Positions 37,301 to 45,622 of a DNA stretch of 51,694 bases are shown in pieces. Position numbers and translations under genes: made by a program. The stretch spans positions 1 to 51,694 of the IMG/VR virus record IMGVR_UViG_3300005286_000510, one strand, 5' to 3'. The notes under the pieces were generated by a model. It ran no database searches and was not told where the DNA came from. It was given only the letters and a program-made list of their open reading frames with translations. Origin of the DNA: a virus (taxonomy: Duplodnaviria; Caudoviricetes). How positions within the stretch are numbered: the first letter of the stretch is position 1; the number at the start of each line of letters is the position of its first letter.

Positions 37301-38207
37301 ACGGATTGGATTTCACAGTCTCTTTTACGAGAGCCCATAAGAAGGCGTCGCGGCCGTCAACGACAATGCCGGAGGAATCCTCTGTCCAGTCCGCAAACTG
37401 GGAAGAAACCACGCGCGGGACGGAAACACCGTCCACGTCGACGGCTTCCCAGGATCCGTTGCCGCCGCCATACGAATTGCTGGCGAACTTGCCGATGCGG
37501 GCTTCCACAACATCAAGGAATTCGGCGAGCTGCTCAGGTGTGACCTCGGGAGCCAGCTCGGGGCCGGCCATCGTGGGCTGCTGACCGAGCCAGCCGAAGT
37601 ATTTGCCGGTCTTGTGATGCAGTCCAAAAGCGGTGATTTGCTTGCCGGGACCGAGAATTTCAATAGCGTGGTGGGATGGCTCACCCTGGGCGTCGACAAA
37701 ATGGTGCGACCTGTTGGCGGGCGCCATGCCTTCCGGATAGCGGTAGACAAGAGCGATTTTTGGCTCGCTGCCGACCCGGCGGAAAGGGGTTTCGCCAAGG
37801 ATTTCAGCGGCGATTTCCTGCACCTGCACAGACATCCGCTCATCGCTGACGTCGACGTCCAGAGAGAACGTGTTTCCGGACACCGGGCCGAGGATAATGG
37901 CGGTGTTGGCGATCGGGGCCTGCTTGGTCCACCGCACAACCTCGTCGACCGGCGGGCGTTCCTTCTGAAACGGCCCCCACTTCAATGCACGACCGTCGAT
38001 TTTGGACGGCATGCGGCGCTCGTCGCGCTCCTGCGGGACGACCATCCAGCCGTTGTTGAACATTGGCACGGCATGGACGCCGAAGTGGCGCTCGCCGGGT
38101 GAATACAGGTGCTCAACGCCTTCCGGCGGAGCTGTGACTTCTGAAGATGCGGAGTTCAGAGCAGCCAGAAACTGGGCTTGCTCCTCCGCCGACATGAATT
38201 CGGCCAT
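34308..38207 (-). CDS. Primase-polymerase (AEP Prim-Pol) fused to an SF2-like helicase
   Basis: SLDVDV, RRVG..K..LVYR, EILG..Q....G.H (Prim-Pol); APTGSGKT, LLPT, ADES, LDASA, QGIGRVR (SF2 motifs I, Ia, II, III, VI). Confidence 0.85.
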   Translation of the reverse strand: MAEFMSAEEQAQFLAALNSASSEVTAPPEGVEHLYSPGERHFGVHAVPMFNNGWMVVPQERDERRMPSKIDGRALKWGPFQKERPPVDEVVRWTKQAPIANTAIILGPVSGNTFSLDVDVSDERMSVQVQEIAAEILGETPFRRVGSEPKIALVYRYPEGMAPANRSHHFVDAQGEPSHHAIEILGPGKQITAFGLHHKTGKYFGWLGQQPTMAGPELAPEVTPEQLAEFLDVVEARIGKFASNSYGGGNGSWEAVDVDGVSVPRVVSSQFADWTEDSSGIVVDGRDAFLWALVKETVKSNPSKSQTEDGKDQLRSLAFEQFRQKARHDGKWTDSYLKTEIWGKVSRAAEMLAAGIIKPRADVTKSGRVIEKTVVKIEQQDDTFSYLPQNNRSGLKVQYSETATPENIEKARLKTDRSEIGAETSAAVVKGVNTWLDDVYGQNNRVHILKAPTGSGKTTKAIATLAADPRTKAWDNVETNPEEGEKPGPFVFLLPTYSNIAEVRERAELLNLDGSLSDDDLRIQASERGLVPEDAADSVIAGLRISAQNAGLRTMVYKGKIAAGCQKADKVSALMKAGIGTAGMCKISRPAEVEEGEEPRSEEITCEFYASCPAIQQRKDIPDSHIVFMPKSFLSLSIPKELKNPRGVIADESIFDLLVHYATFDLEILTKQRADARLTKDEKAAGMDPLELHDDRKGAVAVVLQAIKDKVCPAAALRAYEEKTPKRVVTGLDLVRSAKRVTGSAIVSGSAISPDMSEERFNEVVTLPQGEGIKKEHRFWSILEDRIKALIADELARDAANGPIIPTATGDHDYRLQVLANEDGTKSMCISWLEEANWTGVPTMLLDASADEKILGKVFSGREIVVHEVPSDMNLRTMAVVDRRLSVKSFLPGIDADAEVKIKAARIVYETRQRIARICAMHANGRVVFHMPLKVRRVISKGWAPPVNADFLHIGAEAGLNFAERHVAVVEIGRQELPTWVVDAIVAALTYRDPQPEERIDYLGTGMDDEGKDLMPAIVDRDVLMRDGKIATYAMHEHLGPMARRVQSQAREEKARQGIGRVRAVYSEETKVAYVFSQSVPDDLVIDDVRGWDDFKGGTALWDAVRLAGGIIDAELMLHYMPEASKPEAVQRWIGKLPERVTRNYHRVVSTDANGSEVVSLVPGVLEWPGRYLSKMARAVKVVRKPVSLDACQHQVLPADVRPECKVEAVVGSREDRVLEEDGFRQHCWQELMRRGEFPGWDKLADPMSGGLAFRCGQDDYAEARLSLGEWQALSIIDDPWVYSGEEEEAAAEATAVAA

Positions 38208-38500
38208 TGTTGACGTAACCACACTGCTTTGTGGACGCCTCTCCGTGCGTCCTTAACGTGGATTGTGCTGCCAAAGCACGAACGCGGCAAGCACTTTTTG
38301 CAAGATTTCGAGATCGTTCGAAAGTCGAAGGATTAATAGTCCTAGCAACGCGGATTTTAAGTCCGCCGGTTCGGTGCTTTCTTGTCAACATTGAAAATTG
38401 ACACAGCAGGGTTTCACTATTTTCGGAACTTCTCTTGCTGCAAGATTTAGCCCGTGCGCTTCCTCGGATTACAAAGTGAATCCTTGAGTGCTGCGGACCG
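38208..38500. promoter_or_regulatory. Divergent promoter region
   Basis: AT-rich; TTGACA at 38398; motifs shared with 14776-14800 and 51118-51131. Confidence 0.6.
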
Positions 38501-38758
38501 ATGCTTAGGACTTCTTCTCAGACTACTGTCAATAAGCGCTGGGCAGAACGCGCCGAAAAGGACGTTCTGGTCGACATTCTCGCGGATCACATCGTCAAAT
38601 CTGGTCTGAAAACGCCTGATCTGAAGCGAATCCTTCCCACTATTTCCCCTTCTGAAGTCTCGAACCTGCGCCAGGGCGTCGCTTTTTCGATGTCCCTTGA
38701 ACGTCTCGAAACCCTCGCCGCCGGCCTTGGCCTGATCCGCGATCGGATTGCTGCATGA
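38501..38758 (+). CDS. Xre/HigA2-like HTH protein
   Basis: SPSEVSNLRQG...MSLERL..LA..LG. Confidence 0.7.
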   Translation: MLRTSSQTTVNKRWAERAEKDVLVDILADHIVKSGLKTPDLKRILPTISPSEVSNLRQGVAFSMSLERLETLAAGLGLIRDRIAA

Positions 38759-39009
38759 GTTCGCAGTTCACGCATTCTAGATCTCTCGAAACCCGCAAGT
38801 CTGCGATCGTGCATGAGATCGCTTGTGAGATTTTTCGCCGGCGGCTCAATGACCGAGACCTCGTGCTGATCTTGCCGACATGTTCCCGCAAGGAACTGAG
38901 CTATCTCCGCAACCGGCATCACACCTATTTCTCCGAATCCCGGCTACTCGCTATCGCAGAGGCCCTGGGTCTGCGCGTCACCGTCAAGATTGAGCGGGTT
39001 GCAGCATGA
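38755..39009 (+). CDS. Xre/HigA2-like HTH protein, paralog of the upstream gene
   Basis: SRKELSYLRN...FSESRL..IA..LGLRV. Confidence 0.7.
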   Translation: MSSQFTHSRSLETRKSAIVHEIACEIFRRRLNDRDLVLILPTCSRKELSYLRNRHHTYFSESRLLAIAEALGLRVTVKIERVAA

Positions 39010-39503
39010 GGATCCTCGCACTCGACATGGCCACGCGTTGCGGATGGGCCTTCAACAAAGATGACGGCACCATCTTTTCCGGCCGCAAGGACTTCTCCGA
39101 GGGCTGCCCCAAGGGGTCGATCACGGTCCGCCACCCGTTCCTCCTGGACGCCTGCTTTACGGAGCTGGACGGCCTGATGACGTGGGCCAAGCCCGAAGTC
39201 GTCATCATCGAAATGGACTTCGCTCGGGGCATCGGCGGCAAGCTGCTCGAGCGCTTCGCCGGCGTCGCTATGGCCCTGGCCCACAAGCACGGTGCAGCTG
39301 TCGTGTCGGTCATGCCGGGCACCTGGCGCAAGGAAATCTTCTGCACCGGAGGTCTGTCCACGGACGACGCCAAAGCGGCCGCAATCGCCCGTGCTGGCGT
39401 CGAAGACGACAACGAGGCCGAGGCCAAGTGCATCCTTGAATATGGCCTGCGGACTGTCCGCGAAGCCGCTCCCAAGACATCGAAGAAGAGGAAAGCGGCA
39501 TGA
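39006..39503 (+). CDS. RuvC-like Holliday junction resolvase
   Basis: RILALDMATRCGWA, VIIE, PGTWRK, DDNEAEA. Confidence 0.8.
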   Translation: MRILALDMATRCGWAFNKDDGTIFSGRKDFSEGCPKGSITVRHPFLLDACFTELDGLMTWAKPEVVIIEMDFARGIGGKLLERFAGVAMALAHKHGAAVVSVMPGTWRKEIFCTGGLSTDDAKAAAIARAGVEDDNEAEAKCILEYGLRTVREAAPKTSKKRKAA

Positions 39504-39700
39504 ACGACAACCAGCCCAAGTCCGCCACCCCTAAGTCGGTCGACGTCAACCTCAGCGCCGCCGTCGGCTTCTGGCTGTTCCTGGCCGTCCTGCTGGCGAT
39601 CCCGACCGCCTTGGGTATCTGGCCCTGGCTCGTCGGCGCCTGCGTCGCTGTGGCTGCCGTGAACTACCTGAAGCGCTTCCAGAAGAAGGGAGCCAAGTGA
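39500..39700 (+). CDS. Small membrane protein
   Basis: Two TM segments; coupled. Confidence 0.65.
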   Translation: MNDNQPKSATPKSVDVNLSAAVGFWLFLAVLLAIPTALGIWPWLVGACVAVAAVNYLKRFQKKGAK

Positions 39701-39924
39701 TGCACCTCGTTCCTGACGCCGGCAAGATTCTCAGACACGCGTGGTCCATCCGCCTGATCCTGGCAGCCGCGGTGCTGTCCGGGCTGGAAGTGGCGCTGGC
39801 GATTGCCGGCCCCTTCCTGCCTGTGCGCCCGGGTGTGTTTGCCGCCGTCTCGATGCTGGTGACCATGGGGGCTTTCGTGGCCCGCTTCGTCGCCCAGTCG
39901 ACCGTCTCGGGAGGCGACAAGTGA
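39697..39924 (+). CDS. Holin
   Basis: LRHAWSIRL, two TM helices, ARFVAQ; directly before endolysin. Confidence 0.7.
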   Translation: MMHLVPDAGKILRHAWSIRLILAAAVLSGLEVALAIAGPFLPVRPGVFAAVSMLVTMGAFVARFVAQSTVSGGDK

Positions 39925-40463
39925 ACCTCCTCGATTTCATCCGCTCCCTGTTCTCCCGTCCCTCGAAGGTGGCCCCCGTGAAGACCCCGAAGACCAGCAA
40001 GGGCCTGATCGCCGGCACAGCCGCCGGGATGGCCATGACCGTAGCCCTCATCGGCGGATGGGAGGGGCTGTCGCTGACCGCCTATCCCGACATCGTCGGC
40101 GTCTGGACCATCTGCTACGGCGAGACCGACGGCGTCCGGAAGGGCGACAAGGCGACCAAGGCCGAGTGCGACAGCATGCTGGCCAAGCAAATCGCCGCTT
40201 ATGAAGCCCGCCTCGACAAGTGCCTGACGGCGACTGTCCCGATGAAGACCAAGGCTGCCTTTGTCAGCTGGTCCTACAACGTCGGCACCGGCGCCGCCTG
40301 CAGCTCCACCTTGGTCAAGAAGGCCAATGCCGGTGACCTCCGCGGTGCCTGCAATGAGCTGCCGAAGTGGAACCGTGCCGGCGGCAAGGTCGTCCGCGGG
40401 CTCACTAACCGCCGGGAAGCGGAGCGTCAGCTTTGCCTCGAGGGTGTGCGGGAGGGCGTGTGA
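39921..40463 (+). CDS. GH24 lysozyme endolysin with probable SAR domain
   Basis: WEG...AYPD..GVWTICYG.T (E-D-T triad), YNVG, GLTNRR; Gly/Ala-rich weak TM segment. Confidence 0.92.
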   Translation: MNLLDFIRSLFSRPSKVAPVKTPKTSKGLIAGTAAGMAMTVALIGGWEGLSLTAYPDIVGVWTICYGETDGVRKGDKATKAECDSMLAKQIAAYEARLDKCLTATVPMKTKAAFVSWSYNVGTGAACSSTLVKKANAGDLRGACNELPKWNRAGGKVVRGLTNRREAERQLCLEGVREGV

Positions 40464-40765
40464 TGAACGCTCTTCCCTTCTATCTCGGCTTGGCTGTGAT
40501 CGTTCTGGGGCTGCTGGTCTGGAACCAGCACCTGGGCAACCGTGCCCTGCAGCTGGAGATCCAGACCGTCGAAGCCGAGCGTGACGCCCACCGCCGGGCC
40601 GTCGAAGCCATGACCGAGGACGCGAAGGCGACAGAGCGCCGAAACGGAGCCTCCACAGCTGGCAAGGAGCGGGTGAATTCGGTTCCCGTGGGTGAAGATG
40701 GCCCGATCGCAAAGACCCTTTCAGAGGCCCTTAAAACGGCTGATGAGATCGGGGGCTTAAAATGA
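40463..40765 (+). CDS. i-spanin (Rz-like)
   Basis: N-terminal TM plus coiled coil, after endolysin. Confidence 0.75.
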   Translation: MNALPFYLGLAVIVLGLLVWNQHLGNRALQLEIQTVEAERDAHRRAVEAMTEDAKATERRNGASTAGKERVNSVPVGEDGPIAKTLSEALKTADEIGGLK

Positions 40766-41007
40766 CGCGATCTCATTCCGCTACGGTGGCTGTTCTCGGA
40801 ATGACATTCCTCCTGTCCGGTTGCGCGACCACTTCCGCTCCAGTCGTCCCCTCGCATCTTCTGGCCTGCGCTCCGCAGCCGAAGGCACCCACTGCCGGCA
40901 CCCAGCGTGATGTCGGCATCTACGTCATCGACCTGGCTGCAGCCGGGGATGACTGCAGAAGCAAGCTTGGTTCCGTTCGCCGGATCCTGATTCCGGAGAC
41001 TAAGTAG
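40762..41007 (+). CDS. o-spanin lipoprotein (Rz1-like)
   Basis: Lipobox LLSGC; Pro-rich; two further Cys. Confidence 0.78.
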   Translation: MTRSHSATVAVLGMTFLLSGCATTSAPVVPSHLLACAPQPKAPTAGTQRDVGIYVIDLAAAGDDCRSKLGSVRRILIPETK

Positions 41008-41008
41008 A

Positions 41009-41374
41009 ATGGACTGGAACCAGCTCCCATGGTCCGCAATCATGACCGGCCTGGGCTTTGCCGTGGGCTTCATCGTCTGGCTCGTCCGGCTTGAAGCTAA
41101 GGCCGGCGCAAACAAGCGTGAGATCGAAATCGCCAATGAGAAGATCTCGCTGACCAACGCCCGTGTGTCCGTGACGGAAACATCCGTGACCGAGCTCCGG
41201 ACGACGGCGATCACCCGGGCCGACCTCAAGGAAGTCGAGGAGCGAGTGACCAAGAGCGTCGAAGCCGTCGGCGTCCAGGTCTCAAACGAGATCGATCGAC
41301 TGGTCACCGTCGTCACCACCCCGCAGCCGCCTGCGCCCCCGCGTACGCGTACCCGCACGAAGACGGGGGCCTGA
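41009..41374 (+). CDS. Membrane-anchored coiled-coil protein
   Basis: N-terminal TM followed by coiled coil. Confidence 0.65.
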   Translation: MDWNQLPWSAIMTGLGFAVGFIVWLVRLEAKAGANKREIEIANEKISLTNARVSVTETSVTELRTTAITRADLKEVEERVTKSVEAVGVQVSNEIDRLVTVVTTPQPPAPPRTRTRTKTGA

Positions 41375-41375
41375 G

Positions 41376-41573
41376 ATGTCATCCGCGGACTGGAGCCACC
41401 TCTACCGCCGTCCGACCCGCGACGAGATCCTGCGGCTCCGGGAAAGCCATGGCTGGGAAGCCTGTCTCGAGCGGTGGGGATACCTCGGCGAGCGGACGCT
41501 GGCATCGATCAGCCGGGGTGAAAGCAACGCCCTGGGCAAGTTCTGGCGCAGGGAAAAGAAAGAGGCAGCGTGA
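41376..41573 (+). CDS. Hypothetical protein
   Basis: Coupled ORF. Confidence 0.55.
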   Translation: MSSADWSHLYRRPTRDEILRLRESHGWEACLERWGYLGERTLASISRGESNALGKFWRREKKEAA

Positions 41574-43447
41574 TGCAGGGTAAAGCTCTCGATCCCAATA
41601 TCCTCGTCACCGCGGTCAAGGCGCTGCGCCAGGCCGAAAAGGCAGGTGGAAGTCAGAGGGATGCCTGCGACATTTGCAGTGAGATGCTGGGTCGACCGGT
41701 CAACTTCAATACGTATCGCCGCTGGTTGATGATGGCCCGGGACGCTGCGCCCGAGGTGACCCCACCGCCGTCCATTCCGGACGTAGAACGCAACCTCTGC
41801 GACTACACCCAGCTCCATGGCTGGTGGCGGGACCGCCCGCGCGACAAGGCAGAACTGGTTTACCGCGACGGTGAGCTCGTCGGTTCCCGCAACGTCATTG
41901 ACCCCGGTATGATTTACCCGCCGGGTTGGGATGGCCCTCTGTTCCGCGACAAGCCCAAGACCAAGGCCCAGGCGCCTGATGGCGTCCAGCGCTTCCTGCT
42001 GACTTCCATTCAGGATCAGACACCGGCGATTGGCCCATTCATGGTCAATCTGCGGGCACTGGCAATCCACCTCAACGCCGACATGAAGATCGGCCAGTTC
42101 ACCTACGCCAAGAATTGGCACATCAATCTCTTTGGCGGTGGCGTCCGCGACAAGCGCCGGCTAGAGGAGCGGGATACCGTCAGGGATTATCCGGCTGACC
42201 TCTCCCCATGGCTGACATGTGACCGCCATGAGTTGGCAGAGAACCTGTGGTTTGCCGCTGAGCCCAACATCCGACCGACTGCCCAGCATCCGATGTCGGC
42301 GATGCAGACCTACGGTAAGGGGCGCTCGGTGGTCTATCCGCACCCCAAGCAGGAGCTGGAGAGCGTTCCTCGCGACCCGCTGGCCCAGCCCGTATTTGTC
42401 GCCACCACCGGCTGCTGCAACCCACCCAACTACGTAAAGAAAAAGGAAGGCTACAAGGCCGCTTTCCACCACGTGGTCGGGGCCTTCCTGATCGAGATTG
42501 ATGCCGACGGCTACATCTACAGCCACCACATCCATGCCGATGCCTTCGACGGCAGCTTCCAGGTTTATGACATCCGGGTCGACCGCGGCGTCGTCACTAC
42601 CGGTCATGAGATCCCGGGCTGCACTTTCGGCGACGGCCATGTCGAGCACCTGGATCCAGGCGTGGGCGCCGCCACCTTTGGGATTGGCAAGGGCGATGAC
42701 ACCCCGATGATCGATGCCCTGAAGATCCGCGAGTGCTTCGTCCACGACGTCTTCGACTTCTACACCCGAAACCACCACAACCGGGCTGACCCGTTCCACC
42801 AGTTCAAGGTCTACCTGTCCGGGCGCTCCATTTCCGACGAGATTGCCAAGGTCGTCGATTTCCTGTCTGCCCTGCGGCGCCCGTGGATGCAGATCCATGC
42901 GGTGGAGAGCAACCACGATCTCGCCCTTTATCGGTGGCTCAAGGAGGCTGACTGGCGCAGCGATCCAATGAATGCCCGTCTCTACCACCAGCTCAATGAC
43001 AAGGTGCTGGAGTGGCTGGAGCGGAACGAGAAGAAGTCCATCTTCGAGTATGCCGTCCGCAAGCACGACAACGACAATGTTCTCGATGCTGTACACTTCA
43101 TCCCCGAGACCGGTCCCGACGCCAGCCATCTCGTCGAAGGTGTCCAGTGTGGCTGGCACGGTCACCTGGGCCCGGCCGGCAAGCCCGGCACCACCGCCGG
43201 TTTCCTGGGTCTGGCGCAGCGGATCTCCAAAGATCATGATCACACCCCAACCAAAAAGCAGGGCGTGACCTCTGGCGGTACCTGCCAGGTGCTGATGCCG
43301 GATTATGCCAAGGGGCCGACGAAATGGGCCCATGCACACACCCTCATTTACCCGGGCGGCCACACCAGCATCGTCTTCATCCACGCCGGGCGCTGGCGGG
43401 CGCTGGGCTGGAAGCGGCAGCCGCTAGAACTGGAGCAGGCAGCATGA
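41570..43447 (+). CDS. T5 A1-like metallophosphoesterase/nuclease with N-terminal HTH-like segment
   Basis: FLLTSIQD.TP, HPKQ, TTG....NY...K.G.KA.FHH, GDGH, HDVFD, SNHD, HGH.G, DHDHTP. Confidence 0.7.
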   Translation: MMQGKALDPNILVTAVKALRQAEKAGGSQRDACDICSEMLGRPVNFNTYRRWLMMARDAAPEVTPPPSIPDVERNLCDYTQLHGWWRDRPRDKAELVYRDGELVGSRNVIDPGMIYPPGWDGPLFRDKPKTKAQAPDGVQRFLLTSIQDQTPAIGPFMVNLRALAIHLNADMKIGQFTYAKNWHINLFGGGVRDKRRLEERDTVRDYPADLSPWLTCDRHELAENLWFAAEPNIRPTAQHPMSAMQTYGKGRSVVYPHPKQELESVPRDPLAQPVFVATTGCCNPPNYVKKKEGYKAAFHHVVGAFLIEIDADGYIYSHHIHADAFDGSFQVYDIRVDRGVVTTGHEIPGCTFGDGHVEHLDPGVGAATFGIGKGDDTPMIDALKIRECFVHDVFDFYTRNHHNRADPFHQFKVYLSGRSISDEIAKVVDFLSALRRPWMQIHAVESNHDLALYRWLKEADWRSDPMNARLYHQLNDKVLEWLERNEKKSIFEYAVRKHDNDNVLDAVHFIPETGPDASHLVEGVQCGWHGHLGPAGKPGTTAGFLGLAQRISKDHDHTPTKKQGVTSGGTCQVLMPDYAKGPTKWAHAHTLIYPGGHTSIVFIHAGRWRALGWKRQPLELEQAA

Positions 43448-43842
43448 CAAGCAAGCTCCGCAACGAGGTCGTCTGGATACCCTGTGGCTGGCTGCCGATC
43501 TCCCTCGGGTTCTGCCCCAGCAAGAAGGCTTGGAAGACCCTGCACAAGAGCCTCGAACTGACCTGCGACGCTCCATATCCAAACACCGCCGGCGCCATGA
43601 CGCGGTTCGAGACGGACAAGGGGCCACACCTGATTGTCACCCTTGACGATGAGACCGACACGTCTGCCGCCCCCTACGATGTCGTCGGCATGCTTGTGCA
43701 TGAGGGCACCCATGTCTGGCAGCACATCAAGGACATCATCGGCGAGGATCAGCCGTCGAAAGAATTCGAGGCTTACTCCATGCAGCACATCGTCAGCGGT
43801 CTGCTGCGGGCTCATGAGATGACCCGAAAGGTGGCAGCATGA
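43444..43842 (+). CDS. HExxH-motif protein
   Basis: VHEGTHVW...EFEAY. Confidence 0.65.
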   Translation: MTSKLRNEVVWIPCGWLPISLGFCPSKKAWKTLHKSLELTCDAPYPNTAGAMTRFETDKGPHLIVTLDDETDTSAAPYDVVGMLVHEGTHVWQHIKDIIGEDQPSKEFEAYSMQHIVSGLLRAHEMTRKVAA

Positions 43843-44144
43843 CCGTCTGGACCGCCCAAGACCGCAGCCTCTCCGTCCGCCCCTCCCAGGTCGTCAGGAC
43901 GGCATGGATTGATATCGACCAGGCCAAGCTCGGCAACCGCAGCCGGATGGCCGTAGGCGACGTCGAGGGCAGTTTCCGCAAGCTCCTGTGCCTCGGCGAC
44001 AATGCCCCTTTTCCGAGCATCGTGGGGCACTGGGAAGCCGACCGGTTCGTCGTCTGCGACGGCCGGCATGAATTTATTGCCAGCTTGATGATGGGCCGCG
44101 AGCGCCTGTTTGTGGCGTGGCTCGAGGATGGAGAGACAGAATGA
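43839..44144 (+). CDS. Stand-alone ParB/Srx-like domain protein
   Basis: PSIV....RFVVCDGRHE..A...G. Confidence 0.55.
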   Translation: MTVWTAQDRSLSVRPSQVVRTAWIDIDQAKLGNRSRMAVGDVEGSFRKLLCLGDNAPFPSIVGHWEADRFVVCDGRHEFIASLMMGRERLFVAWLEDGETE

Positions 44145-44422
44145 AGTTGTTCCGGAGAGATGACTATCAGTGGCACCGCGTGTTTGCCTGGCGCCCCGTC
44201 CGAGTGTCGCTGACCGAGGTCCGCTGGCTGGAGACGGTGGAGCGGCGCCGGGTGGAGCCGCCGTCAAACCTCGAATTTGAGTATCGGGCCATCCCTGATG
44301 AGGGCGTCATGGGTGTGTGTCTGTTGCAGGATCCTCCGGCGGTACGAGGCTGGATCAATGCCGGTCAGCCTATCACCGTCGAAGCGGGTGCCGGTTATCT
44401 GCCACCACCGCCCAAAAGGTGA
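44141..44422 (+). CDS. Hypothetical protein
   Basis: WHRVFAWRPV...WLE pattern; coupled. Confidence 0.65.
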   Translation: MKLFRRDDYQWHRVFAWRPVRVSLTEVRWLETVERRRVEPPSNLEFEYRAIPDEGVMGVCLLQDPPAVRGWINAGQPITVEAGAGYLPPPPKR

Positions 44423-44425
44423 GCT

Positions 44426-44677
44426 ATGACCGACCGATTCAAAATCCTCGGCACCACCGAGACCATTCCCTGGTCTCTCATTGAGCCCCATCGCCGCCAA
44501 GCCGAGCGCAATCACTACCAGACGCTGGAGCGCCTGAACGAGCGTGGCGGCCTCAGCTACTGCGAACTGGTGGCCGTGCTCGAGGATCGCCCCTGGCGCA
44601 AGATGACCACCGACGAAGCTTGGTATGCCTTTAGCCGCCACATGCGGGACTGGCTGGCGGGAAGGAAAGCAGCATGA
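44426..44677 (+). CDS. Hypothetical protein
   Basis: QAERNHYQTLERLNERGGLS..E. Confidence 0.65.
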   Translation: MTDRFKILGTTETIPWSLIEPHRRQAERNHYQTLERLNERGGLSYCELVAVLEDRPWRKMTTDEAWYAFSRHMRDWLAGRKAA

Positions 44678-44880
44678 GAATGTTTCACCTGGCTGACCCG
44701 GCCATCACCGATGCCGTTCTCGCCCGGATCTCGAGCGTCCCGGTCAACCCGCGCCGGCTCGTCAGGGAGGCGTCCCGTGACCTGCAGGTTGAGCAGCTCG
44801 TCATCGAGGGCGCCATCAAGACTTTGATGAATCGTCGGCTGGTGATCAAGAACGCCGACTATGACCTGGTGCTGGCATGA
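44674..44880 (+). CDS. Hypothetical protein, possible wHTH
   Basis: Coupled on both sides. Confidence 0.55.
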   Translation: MRMFHLADPAITDAVLARISSVPVNPRRLVREASRDLQVEQLVIEGAIKTLMNRRLVIKNADYDLVLA

Positions 44881-45356
44881 CTGACGTCGACGCCTACCTT
44901 GCCCGCGAGCCCTTGCCTGAGATCATGGAAAACCCCAAGACCGTAGCCGGATCCGTCAAGATCGATTTCTCGACCATTCCACCGCTGGCGCTGCTTTACC
45001 TGGCTGGCGCCCACGATAGCGGCGCCCTGAAGTATGATGCCCACAACTGGCGCGAGACGCCAATTCCCGCCCGCACGTATATAGCGGCCGCCCAGCGCCA
45101 CATCATGCTGTGGGCGTCCGGCATTGAGACGGACTACGAAGTCGACGAGCGTGGTGAGCTGATACTCGATGAGGATGGCCAGCCGATCGGATCAGGCCTG
45201 CCTCACCTTGCGATGGCCATGGCCAATTTGAGTATCCTTATTGATGCCCAGGCCGCCGGCATGATGATCGACAACAGGTGCAAGACCCCTGGATTCGACG
45301 CTGCTCTGCGGCATGTCATGCAACTCAAAAAAGGGTGGCCACGGAAAGCCGCTTAG
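44877..45356 (+). CDS. DUF5664-type (dATP/dGTP diphosphohydrolase-like domain) protein
   Basis: K.DFS.IP, GALKY..HNWR, AAQRH, SGLPHLA. Confidence 0.8.
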   Translation: MTDVDAYLAREPLPEIMENPKTVAGSVKIDFSTIPPLALLYLAGAHDSGALKYDAHNWRETPIPARTYIAAAQRHIMLWASGIETDYEVDERGELILDEDGQPIGSGLPHLAMAMANLSILIDAQAAGMMIDNRCKTPGFDAALRHVMQLKKGWPRKAA

Positions 45357-45391
45357 CCCCACTGCTTGCTTGCATGCGCTAGCGGCACCCC

Positions 45392-45426
45392 GAGCCCGTC
45401 CGTCGTCCAGCACCACGGACGGGCTC
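45392..45426. terminator. Hairpin between convergent operons
   Basis: 12-bp stem GAGCCCGTCCGT / ACGGACGGGCTC. Confidence 0.6.
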
Positions 45427-45622
45427 ACACGTAGATCTTTGTCTCGCCATCCTCGCCCAGGGCTTCCTGGAAATGTCCGGGCGGCACCTCAATTTCGGGC
45501 TCCGGCTGTCCGAAGCTCGTAATGACAGCCTGGGCATCGGCGATAGCCTGCGCCCACATCGCGTCATACTCCGATTTCGGCATCACGACGTATTCGACGC
45601 CGTCAAGCTCCACCACCTGCAT
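45425..45622 (-). CDS. Small hypothetical protein
   Basis: GGAGG RBS; YVVMPKSEYDAM. Confidence 0.6.
   Translation of the reverse strand: MQVVELDGVEYVVMPKSEYDAMWAQAIADAQAVITSFGQPEPEIEVPPGHFQEALGEDGETKIYV

Noticed and set aside
33864-37340. 1158-aa plus-strand ORF
   Set aside because: Antisense shadow of the primase-helicase; no motifs; expected from GC-rich codon bias
44877-45356. Z-base (2-aminoadenine) or other DNA modification pathway
   Set aside because: No PurZ, DatZ, dedicated DNA polymerase, methyltransferase or glycosyltransferase recognised
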